Assembly (NCBI GenBank): GCA_965279375.1
Contig: OZ257156.1
Coordinates: forward strand, 1,760,001-1,824,000
DNA from: Gemmatimonas sp.
GTDB taxonomy: Bacteria > Gemmatimonadota > Gemmatimonadetes > Gemmatimonadales > Gemmatimonadaceae
Direction: 5' to 3'
Length of the DNA stretch: 64,000 bases
In this document: positions 9,890 to 20,650 of the stretch, piece by piece
Layout of the letters: the number at the start of each line of letters is the position of its first letter
How positions within the stretch are numbered: position 1 is the first letter of the stretch
Made by a program: the position numbers and the translations under genes
The notes under the pieces: generated by a model
Seen by the model: the letters and a program-made list of their open reading frames with translations, nothing else
Database searches by the model: none
What the model was told of the DNA's origin: nothing

Positions 9890-9929
9890 CCGCTGCTGCA
9901 TTCGCGGCCGTTGAAAAAATTCCGCCAGC

Positions 9930-9945
9930 TAACATGAACATGCCA
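9930..9945. promoter_or_regulatory. Candidate 7-2-7 inverted-heptamer operator, copy 2
   Basis: TAACATG-AA-CATGCCA about 80 nt upstream of the small-subunit ATG. Confidence 0.6.
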
Positions 9946-10023
9946 TTGTGAGCCCGTCGCCTCGACCCGACTGTATGCGGGCAACGAGCAAAGCACTTTC
10001 CCGTGCACGAGGAGATCGCATCG

Positions 10024-10995
10024 ATGGCGACCGTGTTGTGGCTGCAAGGCGGCGCATGTTCCGGTAATACCATGTCGTTCCTCAACGCTGAGGAGCCGAG
10101 TGCGTGTGACCTCGTCACCGACTTTGGCATCGACATTCTGTGGCACCCGTCGCTTGGCGTGGAGATGGGCGATCAGGCCAAGCAGATCTTCAGCGACCTG
10201 GCGTCGGGCAAGCGGCAGCTCGACATCTTCGTCTTTGAAGGCACGGTGATTCAGGGGCCCAACGGCACCGGTCGCTTCAACATGTTCGCCGATCGCCCTA
10301 TGAAGGACTGGGTGCGCGAGCTCTCCGCGCAGGCCGGGGCGGTCGTCGCGCTCGGCGATTGCGCCTGCTGGGGCGGCATCCCGGCCACCGAGCCCAACCC
10401 GGTCGACAACATCGGGCTGCAGTACCTCAAGCGCGCGCACGGTGGATTCCTCGGCGCGAACTTCAAGAGCAAGTGGGGGCTGCCTGTCGTGAATATCCCC
10501 GGCTGCCCGGCGCATCCGGACTGGGTCACGCAGATTCTCGTCGCCATCGCCGCCGGTCGTGCCGGCGACATCGCGCTGGACGAGTTGCAGCGGCCGCAGA
10601 CGTTCTTCAAGACGTTCACGCAGACCGGTTGCACGCGCAATCAGTACTTCGAGTACAAGCAGTCGGTGCCGGAGTTCGGTCAGGGCACGCGTCAGGGTTG
10701 CCTGTTCTACGAGCAGGGCTGCCGCGGCCCGATGACGCGCTCCCCATGCAATCGCATTCTCTGGAACCGCCAGTCGTCGAAGACGCGCGCCGGCATGCCC
10801 TGCACCGGTTGCACCGAGCCCGAGTTCCCGTTCCACGATCTCAAGCCCGGCTCTGTCTTCAAGACGCAGAAGATCAGCGGGACCATTCCGAAGGAAGTGC
10901 CCACCGGTTCGGATCACGTGTCGTACATGGCCCACGCGGCCGCCGCACGTGTCGCCGCGCCGAAGTGGTCCAAAGAAGACATGTTCGTCGTCTGA
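10024..10995 (+). CDS. hucS: [NiFe]-hydrogenase small subunit, group 2a (HucS/HupS type)
   Basis: MATVLWLQGGACSGNTMSFLNAEEP, GDCACWGG, PGCPAHP, QTGCTRN, GCRGP, CTGC; no Tat signal; AGGAG RBS. Confidence 0.93.
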   Translation: MATVLWLQGGACSGNTMSFLNAEEPSACDLVTDFGIDILWHPSLGVEMGDQAKQIFSDLASGKRQLDIFVFEGTVIQGPNGTGRFNMFADRPMKDWVRELSAQAGAVVALGDCACWGGIPATEPNPVDNIGLQYLKRAHGGFLGANFKSKWGLPVVNIPGCPAHPDWVTQILVAIAAGRAGDIALDELQRPQTFFKTFTQTGCTRNQYFEYKQSVPEFGQGTRQGCLFYEQGCRGPMTRSPCNRILWNRQSSKTRAGMPCTGCTEPEFPFHDLKPGSVFKTQKISGTIPKEVPTGSDHVSYMAHAAAARVAAPKWSKEDMFVV

Positions 10996-11022
10996 TCACT
11001 CACCCGACTGGAGCAGCGTAAC

Positions 11023-12648
11023 GTGGCTACGGCAACTCAGCCCATGCCGTCCGACCTGCGGATCTCTCCGCTCGGACGTGTTGAAGGCGATCTCGATCTC
11101 AAGGTCAAAATCCGCGATGGCGTCGTCACCGACGCCTGGACCGAAGCCAGCATGTTCCGTGGCTTCGAGATCATCCTGCGTGGCAAGGATCCGCAGGCCG
11201 GTCTGATCGTCACGCCGCGCATCTGCGGCATCTGCGGAGGTTCGCATCTGTACAAGGCGTGCTACGCGCTCGACACGGCGTGGAAGACGCACGTGCCGCG
11301 CAACGCCACGCTCGTGCGCAACATCGCACAGGCCTGCGAAACCATTCAGTCCATTCCGCGCTGGTTCTACGCGCTGTTCGCGATTGATCTCACGAACAAG
11401 AACTACGCGCATCTCCCCGAGTACGACGAAGTGGTGCGGCGTTTCGCGCCGTTCGTCGGCACCAGCTACGAGTCGGGCGTCACTCTCTCCGGCAAGCCGG
11501 TGGAAGTGTACGCGCTCTTTGGCGGACAGTGGCCGCACTCGAGCTTCATGATCCCCGGTGGCGTGATGTGCGCCCCCACGCTTTCCGACGTCACGCGCGC
11601 CATCGCCATCCTCGAACACTGGAAGCGCGAATGGCTGGAGAAGCAGTGGCTCGGCTGCTCCATCGAGCGGTGGATGGAGATCAAGACGTACAAGCAGATG
11701 ATCGAGTGGGCCGACGAAAACGACAGCCAGCGCAACTCCGATTGCGGTCTGTTCATTCGGTTCGCACAGCGCGCCGGCCTCGACAAGTTCGGCAAGGGAT
11801 GCGGGGCCTATCTCACCACGGGTACCTACTTCCAGCCCGAGCTCTACGAGAACCCCACGGTCGAAGGGCGCAACGCGGCGCTCATCAATCGCGCCGGCAT
11901 CTACGACGGTTCTGGCTTCCATGAGTTCGATCATCTGAACGTGCGCGAAGATGTCTCGCGCTCGTTCTACCGCGGCCAGAGCTTCCTGCATCCGTGGCAG
12001 GGTGAAACCGAGCCGATCGATCCGCTCGATGGCCACAAGCAGGACAAGTATTCGTGGGCCAAGTCGCCGCGCTACAACGTGCCCGGCAAGGGCAGCATGC
12101 CGCTCGAAGCCGGTCCGCTCTCGCGCCAGGTCATCGCTGGCCAGGCCGCGACCGCTGGGCATCAGGATCACGATCCGCTCTTCCTCGACGCCATCACCAC
12201 CGTCGGCCCCAGCGTCTTCGTGCGCGCGATGGCGCGCATGCACGAGGTGTGCAAGTACTGGAAGCTCGCGCGCGGCTGGCTCGACGATCTCGATCTGCAC
12301 GACAAGTTCTACACCAAGCCGACCGAGTACACCGAAGGTCGCGGCTTCGGCGCCACCGAAGCGGCGCGCGGCTCGCTCGCCGATTGGATCGTCATCAGCA
12401 ACGGCCGCATCGAGAACTATCAGGTCATCACGCCGACCGCGTGGAATATCGGTCCTCGCGATGGCAACGGGGTGTTAGGACCGATGGAGCAGGCGTTCAT
12501 CGGCGCCGAGATCAAGGATCCATCCGATCCGGTGGAGATGGGCCACGTCGCCCGCTCGTTCGACTCGTGCCTCGTGTGCACGGTGCACGCGTATGACGAG
12601 AAGACTGGGAAAGAACTCTCCCGCTTCCGAATCGGCGAGATGGGATGA
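11023..12648 (+). CDS. hucL: [NiFe]-hydrogenase large subunit, group 2a (HucL/HupL type)
   Basis: GRVEGDL, L1 motif RICGICGGSH, L2 motif SFDSCLVCTVH, followed by a cleavable C-terminal extension. Confidence 0.95.
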   Translation: MATATQPMPSDLRISPLGRVEGDLDLKVKIRDGVVTDAWTEASMFRGFEIILRGKDPQAGLIVTPRICGICGGSHLYKACYALDTAWKTHVPRNATLVRNIAQACETIQSIPRWFYALFAIDLTNKNYAHLPEYDEVVRRFAPFVGTSYESGVTLSGKPVEVYALFGGQWPHSSFMIPGGVMCAPTLSDVTRAIAILEHWKREWLEKQWLGCSIERWMEIKTYKQMIEWADENDSQRNSDCGLFIRFAQRAGLDKFGKGCGAYLTTGTYFQPELYENPTVEGRNAALINRAGIYDGSGFHEFDHLNVREDVSRSFYRGQSFLHPWQGETEPIDPLDGHKQDKYSWAKSPRYNVPGKGSMPLEAGPLSRQVIAGQAATAGHQDHDPLFLDAITTVGPSVFVRAMARMHEVCKYWKLARGWLDDLDLHDKFYTKPTEYTEGRGFGATEAARGSLADWIVISNGRIENYQVITPTAWNIGPRDGNGVLGPMEQAFIGAEIKDPSDPVEMGHVARSFDSCLVCTVHAYDEKTGKELSRFRIGEMG

Positions 12649-13214
12649 TGACGGAACGGACGCGTGAACCGATCGCCGATGCGATGAATCACGCAGGAGC
12701 GGGCCCGGCGAACATCACCGGGCCCGTTCGCACGCTGATCGTCGGCTGCGGAAACATCTTGCGCGGAGACGATGCGTTAGGCCCGATCTTCATTCGGCAC
12801 ATGTGGGACCGTGGGCTGCCGGACGGTGTGCGCTGTGCCGACGGCGGCACTGGCGGCATGGATGTCGCCTTCCAGATGCGCGGCGTGCCGCACGTCATTT
12901 TGGTCGATGCGTGCACCAGCGGCTCAGAGCCTGGCGCCATGTTCCGACTGCCGGGACTCGAGGTGGAGCACCTTCCGCCGCTCAAAGGCATCAACCTGCA
13001 CGCCTTTCGCTGGGATCACGCGCTCGCCTTCGCCCGCTGGCTGCTCAAGGACGAGTACCCGCAACGCGTCACGGTCTTTCTGATCGAGGCTGCGCAGTTC
13101 GCTCCCGGCGAACCACTCTCGCCCGCCGTCGATGCCGCCATGCGTAAGCTGATCGACATCATCGAAGCGGAGATCGCCGCCGAGTCGCTCGTGGAGGCGA
13201 TACCCGATGCCTGA
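12645..13214 (+). CDS. Hydrogenase maturation protease (HupD/HupW-like)
   Basis: VGCGNILRGDDALG, DGGTGG, LVDA, LH motifs; directly after the large subunit. Confidence 0.93.
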   Translation: MMTERTREPIADAMNHAGAGPANITGPVRTLIVGCGNILRGDDALGPIFIRHMWDRGLPDGVRCADGGTGGMDVAFQMRGVPHVILVDACTSGSEPGAMFRLPGLEVEHLPPLKGINLHAFRWDHALAFARWLLKDEYPQRVTVFLIEAAQFAPGEPLSPAVDAAMRKLIDIIEAEIAAESLVEAIPDA

Positions 13215-13569
13215 GCAGGCGACGGCGACGGGCACGGTGACGGCGACAGTTGCCGCCACGTTCGAGGTGGAATTCACCGCGCACGGCTATCTCGTGCTCA
13301 CCCACGACGTAGCGCAGCAGTGCTTTCCCTTCGATGTGCTGCTGGCCATGCCCAAGGGGCGCGAGCTCTGGCTCTTGCCGACGCGCGGCGCCGCTGCGGG
13401 TGGACTGATTCTCAAGCAGCGCAATCTCTCTGGGGATCGCTGCGTGCTGATCCGCGAAGCGATCAACGACGCGCCGCTGCTTGGTCGCATGCCGGCGTTC
13501 TGGGACGCAAGCAACGGTGCGCTGCGCGTCGCGCTGCCGATCACGTTGCCACCCTCGATCTTCGGGTGA
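13207..13569 (+). CDS. Hydrogenase-cluster hypothetical protein
   Basis: Overlaps the protease stop; GGLILKQRN..GDR motif. Confidence 0.7.
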   Translation: MPEQATATGTVTATVAATFEVEFTAHGYLVLTHDVAQQCFPFDVLLAMPKGRELWLLPTRGAAAGGLILKQRNLSGDRCVLIREAINDAPLLGRMPAFWDASNGALRVALPITLPPSIFG

Positions 13570-13573
13570 ACGC

Positions 13574-13804
13574 ATGGACGACGCCCCCTCGCCAGGTCGC
13601 GCGCTGCGCGCCACGGCTAGCATCGCGGAAGATCGCGGTCGCTGGGTGGTCTCGTTGACTGTGCTCAGCATCCCGGATCGTGACGACTACGTCACCACAC
13701 ACCGTATTGCCGACTACCCCACACGTCAGGCCGCCGAGGTTGCTGCGCGCTGGATCGTTGGGGCAGCGGATCGTCAATTTTCGCATCACCGCTGGGGATT
13801 CTGA
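13574..13804 (+). CDS. Small hydrogenase-cluster hypothetical protein (76 aa)
   Basis: Fills the operon gap exactly; its stop overlaps the next ATG (TGATG). Confidence 0.7.
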   Translation: MDDAPSPGRALRATASIAEDRGRWVVSLTVLSIPDRDDYVTTHRIADYPTRQAAEVAARWIVGAADRQFSHHRWGF

Positions 13805-15060
13805 TGGAGCCTGTTCACGTCGCTGCTGCGCACGCACTGCTGCGCCCGCAACCGCTCGGCATCTTTCCGTTCCCGGCGGGCTTGCTCCTGCTGCCGACCT
13901 CGCACGATCCGAGCGCCGTCACGGTGCTTGCGTCGTTGCTGCGCGGGGATGTCACGACGACGCTCCCCGCGGAGTGGGAGTTCTACGCGCGCGCGGTCGA
14001 CGGCGATCGCGACAGCGCCGCGGCCCTGCTGCAGGACGATCCCTCCACCATCGCGGCGTACAACCGCTTCGTGCTCACCGGCGACTACGCTTCACTCGAA
14101 CGTGCGCGAGAAGACGATCGCGACGCCGTGGTACGTCTCGCGGAACTCGCGGCGTTCGTACAGGGTGCGCGCGATGATGCGCCGGACGACGCAGGACTCG
14201 ATCACGAACTGCTCGCGGTGGCCCGCATGGCGCGCGCCGCACAGCATCTGGAGCACGAAGACGCTCCGCCAGCGCTTGTACTGCTGCGCGACGGCGCCGA
14301 CGCAGCGCGAGAGACGTCTCCGGTACTCTCGGCGCAGCTGCTGGCGCAGGCGGCGCAGTTGGCGGAGTCGTCCGATCACACCTTGGCGATCTCGCTCTGG
14401 CGCGAAGCGGTGCGACTCGCTGGCGACTCGCCGCTTGCGCAACTCAAATCGGAGCTGCTGCTCGGCCTCGCTCTCGCGTTGCATGCGACCGCCGAAGGAC
14501 GGCGCGGCGCACTGACCGAAGTGGTGCAACTCTATCAGGCGGCGCTGCACGCCGGTATCACGCTCGAAGGCACACCCGATACGTACGCGCTCGTGCAGAG
14601 CAACATCGGCTTGGCGTATGTCTCCATGCCCATGACCGACGCCGGCGACAAGATCCGGCACGCCGTGGCCGTCTCGTCGTTTCGTGAAGCGCTCAAGGTC
14701 TACACGCGCGAAGCCTTCCCCGAGCAATGGACCAGCACCATGCTCAACATGGCCAACGCGCTGCAGTATCTCGACTCTTCACATCGCGAGGAGAATCTCA
14801 TGCTCGCGGTGGATACGTACGAGGAACTGCTCGCGGTGCGCAACAAGGCCTACGATCCCGTCGGCTATGGACGCTTGCTCGCCAATCAGGCCAACGCGTT
14901 GGCGCATCTGGGCATCTTCTCCGCGGCGCTCGAGAAATTCAACGAAGCGTACAAGCTGCTGCACTGGCACGGCGAAGCAGAGCTTGCACACTCCATTCTC
15001 GAGCAGGTCGAACGCATCAACGCGCAGATGGGCACCGCACCCGACGCCTCGAACTCCTGA
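13804..15060 (+). CDS. Tetratricopeptide-repeat protein, hydrogenase associated
   Basis: Helical repeats NIGLAY, NMANAL, NQANALAHLG. Confidence 0.8.
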   Translation: MEPVHVAAAHALLRPQPLGIFPFPAGLLLLPTSHDPSAVTVLASLLRGDVTTTLPAEWEFYARAVDGDRDSAAALLQDDPSTIAAYNRFVLTGDYASLERAREDDRDAVVRLAELAAFVQGARDDAPDDAGLDHELLAVARMARAAQHLEHEDAPPALVLLRDGADAARETSPVLSAQLLAQAAQLAESSDHTLAISLWREAVRLAGDSPLAQLKSELLLGLALALHATAEGRRGALTEVVQLYQAALHAGITLEGTPDTYALVQSNIGLAYVSMPMTDAGDKIRHAVAVSSFREALKVYTREAFPEQWTSTMLNMANALQYLDSSHREENLMLAVDTYEELLAVRNKAYDPVGYGRLLANQANALAHLGIFSAALEKFNEAYKLLHWHGEAELAHSILEQVERINAQMGTAPDASNS

Positions 15061-15079
15061 CTCGCTTCGGCATCTCGCT

Positions 15080-15454
15080 ATGGAACAGTACGCACGCCAA
15101 CAGTTTGACTTCTTCCTCAACACCGCGATCGAGCGCTTCATCGACCGCGTCGAGCAGCGCTGCGGAGGGCCCGTGCCGGCGCTGGCTCAGTTGCGCTCCG
15201 ATCCGAACGGCGAGGGGATGTGGCTCAGCGACTTCGTGATCGTGCTCTTTCGTGACTTCATGATCGACAACACCGGAGGCGCCTGCTTCGTGCTACAGGC
15301 GCTCGCGCGGCGTCCGGTACCGGTCGTTTCCACCGAGGGCCAGACCATCGATCAGGCGCTGCAGACGCTCGCGCGCGCTGCGTTCGCGGCGGTGCTCGAG
15401 GCAAAGTCCGCCGAGATGCTCGAACAACGGCTCGTCTTTCAGGTGACCGAATGA
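15080..15454 (+). CDS. Hypothetical protein (124 aa) in hydrogenase operon
   Basis: ATG 15080; ATGA overlap with the next gene. Confidence 0.7.
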   Translation: MEQYARQQFDFFLNTAIERFIDRVEQRCGGPVPALAQLRSDPNGEGMWLSDFVIVLFRDFMIDNTGGACFVLQALARRPVPVVSTEGQTIDQALQTLARAAFAAVLEAKSAEMLEQRLVFQVTE

Positions 15455-16365
15455 TTGCCTCTGCCACGGGATCGGCTCCCGCCGCCACGCCAGTTTCGGC
15501 GCCGCCCGCACCATCCGGCGCCGCCGCCGAACTGGCCACGCTCGCCACCGCGGTTGACGACGCGCTCACGCAAGTGCGGGGCATGCCCATCGATCATCGC
15601 TCGCGCGCCATGGCGCTCAAAGAAGCGGTGGAGGCCTTTCATAAGAGTGGACTCACCACCATCGTGCGCGCGCTCAAGGCTGACCCGCGCGGCAAGGAGA
15701 TTCTGCTCGAGCTTGTTGACGATCCGTCGGTCTATGCACTCTTCGCGATGCACGGCATCGTCCGGGCCGATCTCTCCACGCGCGTAGCGCGCATCATCGA
15801 GAATCTGCGCCCGTACACGCAGTCGCACGGCGGCGACGTCGAACTGGTGGATGTGCGCGACGGCACCGTGTACGTGCGCATGCAGGGCTCGTGCAGCGGC
15901 TGCTCCATGTCCGCCGTTACGCTCCGCAACGGAGTGGAAGAAGCGCTTCGCGAACAGTGCCCGGAGATCAGCAAGCTTGAAGTGGTCCCCACAGAAGCAC
16001 CGGAGGATCCGGCGCCCGCGCTCGTCACACTCGGTCGCGCCGGTCGCGATGCTGGCTGGATTGCGGGACCAGCATTCAGCACCCTCGTCGAAGGCAAGCC
16101 CGCCGTGATGGAGCTCGCCAACGGCAAGAGCCTCGTGCTCATTCGCATCGGCGACGACGTACAGGCCTTTCACAATGCCTGTGCGCATCTGGGCCTCCCC
16201 ATCGATGGTGGCACCGTCAGCATCGAGGACAAGACGATCACCTGCCCGTGGCATGGCTTCCGCTTCGATTGCACCAACGGTGAATGCCTCACCGCGCCGC
16301 AGGCGCAGCTCGAAGGCGTGCCGCTGCGCATCACGGGTGATGTCATCTTCGTTCGTCCTGCGTAG
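15451..16365 (+). CDS. NifU-C domain plus Rieske [2Fe-2S] fusion protein
   Basis: RPYTQSHGGDVEL..GSCSGC (NifU-C) and NACAHLG..CPWHG (Rieske). Confidence 0.9.
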   Translation: MIASATGSAPAATPVSAPPAPSGAAAELATLATAVDDALTQVRGMPIDHRSRAMALKEAVEAFHKSGLTTIVRALKADPRGKEILLELVDDPSVYALFAMHGIVRADLSTRVARIIENLRPYTQSHGGDVELVDVRDGTVYVRMQGSCSGCSMSAVTLRNGVEEALREQCPEISKLEVVPTEAPEDPAPALVTLGRAGRDAGWIAGPAFSTLVEGKPAVMELANGKSLVLIRIGDDVQAFHNACAHLGLPIDGGTVSIEDKTITCPWHGFRFDCTNGECLTAPQAQLEGVPLRITGDVIFVRPA

Positions 16366-16380
16366 ATCAGTGCATCGCAT

Positions 16381-17490
16381 ATGAAGCCGCGCGTACGCAT
16401 CGGTGCTGCATCGCCCTTCGGTCTGGCCCTGCCGTCGGCACAACCCACGGCATCGCAGCTCTACGCGCCGCGCGGCGTCTGGATGGACGACCGTCGGCTG
16501 ATCATCGCAGACTCGGGGAACCACCGCATCCTGATCTGGCACACCATGCCGGAGCAGGACGGATGCGACGCCGACGTGGTGCTCGGCCAGGCCTCCTTCA
16601 CTGCGGAAGGTCCGCGCGCCGCGGGTGCAGGTGCGGCCAACGGACTCCATCTCCCAACGGGAGTCTTGGTCCACGACGGCATGCTCCTCGTCGCCGATGC
16701 GTGGCATCATCGCGTGCTCGTCTGGAACGAACTCCCCACGCGCAGCAACACGCCGCCGTCCTTCGCCATCGGCCAGCCCGATCTCGAATCCACGCTTCCC
16801 AACGCTGGCGGCGCCATCACCGGCAATGCGCTCTATTGGCCGTACGGCATCCAGATCGTCAACGGCTGGCTCTGGATTGCCGACACCGGCAATCGACGAG
16901 TGCTGGGCTGGCCCGGCATTCCCACGCACGGGGAGCATGCAGCAGTCGTACTCGGCCAGGATGGCTTCGAGCGCGGCGACGAGAATCGTGGTGGTGCACC
17001 CACCTCGTGCTCGTTTCGGTGGCCACATGCCATCGCCGGCGACGCCAACTCGCTCTACATCGCCGATGCGGGCAATCATCGCGTGCTCGGCTGGTCCAGC
17101 ATCCCCACCGAAGACGCGCCAGCAACACTCGTCCTCGGCCAGCAGGATTTCTCGACGAACACCGAACAGCCGCATCGCAAGCAGGGCGCGCAACGCATGC
17201 GGTTCCCGTACGCGCTCGCGCTGCAGGACCGCACGTTGTACGTCGCCGACACCGCCAACAATCGCGTGCTTTTTTGGAACGACGTACCGACTGTTGGCGC
17301 GGGCGTTCCGGCGGACGAAGTCGTCGGCCAGCACGACTTCGATGCCTCGGGCGAGAATCGCTGGAAGTCCGTGCAGGACGACACGCTCTGCTGGCCATAC
17401 GGCATCGCCACCTGCGGCGATCGTTTCGCCATTGCAGACTCCGGAAACAACCGCGTCATGCTGTGGGACGCGGCGCTCTCCCCTCTCTAG
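16381..17490 (+). CDS. NHL-repeat beta-propeller protein
   Basis: Six repeats of P.G....L.IADxGN.RVL.W with VLGQ spacers. Confidence 0.9.
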   Translation: MKPRVRIGAASPFGLALPSAQPTASQLYAPRGVWMDDRRLIIADSGNHRILIWHTMPEQDGCDADVVLGQASFTAEGPRAAGAGAANGLHLPTGVLVHDGMLLVADAWHHRVLVWNELPTRSNTPPSFAIGQPDLESTLPNAGGAITGNALYWPYGIQIVNGWLWIADTGNRRVLGWPGIPTHGEHAAVVLGQDGFERGDENRGGAPTSCSFRWPHAIAGDANSLYIADAGNHRVLGWSSIPTEDAPATLVLGQQDFSTNTEQPHRKQGAQRMRFPYALALQDRTLYVADTANNRVLFWNDVPTVGAGVPADEVVGQHDFDASGENRWKSVQDDTLCWPYGIATCGDRFAIADSGNNRVMLWDAALSPL

Positions 17491-17500
17491 GATTCGACTC

Positions 17501-17799
17501 ATGTGCCTCGCCGTCCCCGGTCGCATTGCGGAGATCTTCCACGCCAATGGCACACGCATGGCCCGCCTCGACTTCGGCGGCATCAAGAAGGACGTGTGTC
17601 TCGCGTATCTCCCTGACGCCGTCGTCGGCGACTACGCGATCGTCCATGTTGGCTTCGCCATCAGTCGCATCGACGAAGCGTCCGCGATGGAGACGCTGCG
17701 TCAGTTTCGCGAGCTGGGCATTCTCGAAGAAGAACTCGGCGAAGCGCCCATCGAGAGCTATGCCACGCCGCGCGACGAAAGCTGCCCGGTGATCCCGCT

Positions 17800-17803
<4 letters not shown>
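17501..17803 (+). CDS. hypC: Hydrogenase assembly chaperone HypC
   Basis: MCLAVPG N-terminus, [12 protein letters not shown]. Confidence 0.97.
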
Positions 17804-18909
<1,106 letters not shown>

Positions 18910-18952
18910 CGCGCGTACGCACCATCGCGATATCGCTGACTAAGCTTCTGTC

Positions 18953-20017
18953 ATGACCTCCGCGCCGACGTACGACATCAGCAACTGGAGCTGCCCGCTT
19001 CCGCTGCGCGACTATCCCAACATCGTCATCGGACACGGCGGCGGCGGCGCGCTCGGCAACGAACTCGTCGAGCATCTCTTCAAGCCGGCATTCTCCAACG
19101 AAACGCTCGACGGCATGACCGACTCGGCCGTCGTCACGCTGCCCGGTACGCGCATCGCCGTTTCCACTGACTCGTTCGTGGTTCGCCCGTTGTTCTTTCC
19201 GGGCGGCAGCATCGGTACGCTGGCGGTGAACGGCACCGTGAACGATCTGGCAATGAGCGGCGCCACGCCGCTCTACCTAACCGCCGGCTTCATCCTCGAG
19301 GAAGGCTTCGCGATGGAGTCGCTCGGCCGTATCGTGGCCGACATGGCGGAGGCGGCGCGTCGAGCCAACGTGCGCATCATCACCGGCGACACCAAAGTGG
19401 TGGAGCGCGGCCACGGCGATGGCTGCTACATCAACACCGCTGGCATCGGCGTCGTGACCGGAGATCGGGTCATCAATCCCAAGCGCGCCACCGCTGGCGA
19501 TGCCATTCTCGTGAGCGGCACACTGGGCGATCACGGCATGGCCATCATGAGCGTGCGTGAAGGGCTCGAGTTCGATACCACCATCGTCAGCGACTGCGCG
19601 CCGCTGCACGATCTGGTGCGCGTGCTGCTCGATGCGGCGCCGGATGTGCATGTGCTGCGCGATCCAACGCGCGGTGGTCTCGCGTCGTCGCTCAATGAAA
19701 TCGCGGGGCAGGCGGGCGTCGGCATGCTACTGCTCGAGAAGGACATCCCCGTGCGGCCGCAGGTGGCGGCAGCCTGCGAAATTCTGGGGATGGACCCGGT
19801 GTACGTGGCCAACGAGGGCAAGCTCGTCGCCATCGTGCCCCGCGATCAGGCGGAGGCGGCACTCGCCGCGATGCGCGCGCATCCGCTCGGCGCTGAGGCG
19901 GCCATCATCGGTGAAGTGACCGAGCGTCACCCGGGGCTGCTGGTGGCGCAGACGGCCATTGGTGCGAGCCGAGTGATCGCGATGCAACTTGGAGAGCAGC
20001 TGCCGCGCATTTGCTGA
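18953..20017 (+). CDS. hypE: Hydrogenase expression/formation protein HypE
   Basis: HGGGG, TDSFVV, GDTKVV, RDPTRGG, C-terminal LPRIC. Confidence 0.97.
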   Translation: MTSAPTYDISNWSCPLPLRDYPNIVIGHGGGGALGNELVEHLFKPAFSNETLDGMTDSAVVTLPGTRIAVSTDSFVVRPLFFPGGSIGTLAVNGTVNDLAMSGATPLYLTAGFILEEGFAMESLGRIVADMAEAARRANVRIITGDTKVVERGHGDGCYINTAGIGVVTGDRVINPKRATAGDAILVSGTLGDHGMAIMSVREGLEFDTTIVSDCAPLHDLVRVLLDAAPDVHVLRDPTRGGLASSLNEIAGQAGVGMLLLEKDIPVRPQVAAACEILGMDPVYVANEGKLVAIVPRDQAEAALAAMRAHPLGAEAAIIGEVTERHPGLLVAQTAIGASRVIAMQLGEQLPRIC

Positions 20018-20044
20018 CGCGCCGTCTGTCTCCGGAGAGTCCCC

Positions 20045-20632
20045 ATGCTGAGCTGGTCGTCACCTTCGCGTGCGTTCGCGCTGCTTCGCGACGCCGCACT
20101 TCTATGCACGTTCATCGCCGCGAGCGCGGGCACCGCTGCGGCACAGCGTAGCAGCTCGCCCCCCGAACGGTGGGTGGGTACGTGGCGCGGCACGCTCCAG
20201 AACCTCGGCGCGGGCGACAGCGTCAAGCTCACCGTGCCTGTCACGCTCACGATTGCGCGTACGTCGGATCCGGCCGCCTTTCGTTGGCGCCATGTCTATG
20301 CCAACGACTCCACCAAGAACGTGAAGGACTACACCCTCAAGGTCGTCGATGCAGCCGCTGGCAAGTATCTCACCGACGAGAACAACGGCATCCTGATCGA
20401 CGAGTCGTTCGTGGGCGGCATGCTGGTGAGCGTCTTCTCGGTGGCCGATCAATACATCGAGAACCGCACGAGCGTGCGTGGCGATACGCTGGTGCAGGAG
20501 CTCATCGCGTGGAAGAACACGCCGCTGCGCACGTCCGGGGGCGCCGGTCCCAACGGCGAACGCGGAATGCCGGTGTCAGCATTCCGCGTGAGTAGTGTGC
20601 AGCGCGGTGTATTGGTGCGGGTGTCGCCGTAG
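20045..20632 (+). CDS. Secreted hypothetical protein
   Basis: GGAG RBS, Sec signal (AAA-Q), W.G.W.G.L beta-rich pattern. Confidence 0.7.
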   Translation: MLSWSSPSRAFALLRDAALLCTFIAASAGTAAAQRSSSPPERWVGTWRGTLQNLGAGDSVKLTVPVTLTIARTSDPAAFRWRHVYANDSTKNVKDYTLKVVDAAAGKYLTDENNGILIDESFVGGMLVSVFSVADQYIENRTSVRGDTLVQELIAWKNTPLRTSGGAGPNGERGMPVSAFRVSSVQRGVLVRVSP

Positions 20633-20650
20633 CGGCGACACTGTCTCACG

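Noticed and set aside
15439..17586. Long antisense ORFs (e.g. 715 aa here, 704 aa at 42010-44124, 545 aa at 31443-33080)
   Set aside because: Shadow frames of GC-rich genes with no recognisable motifs
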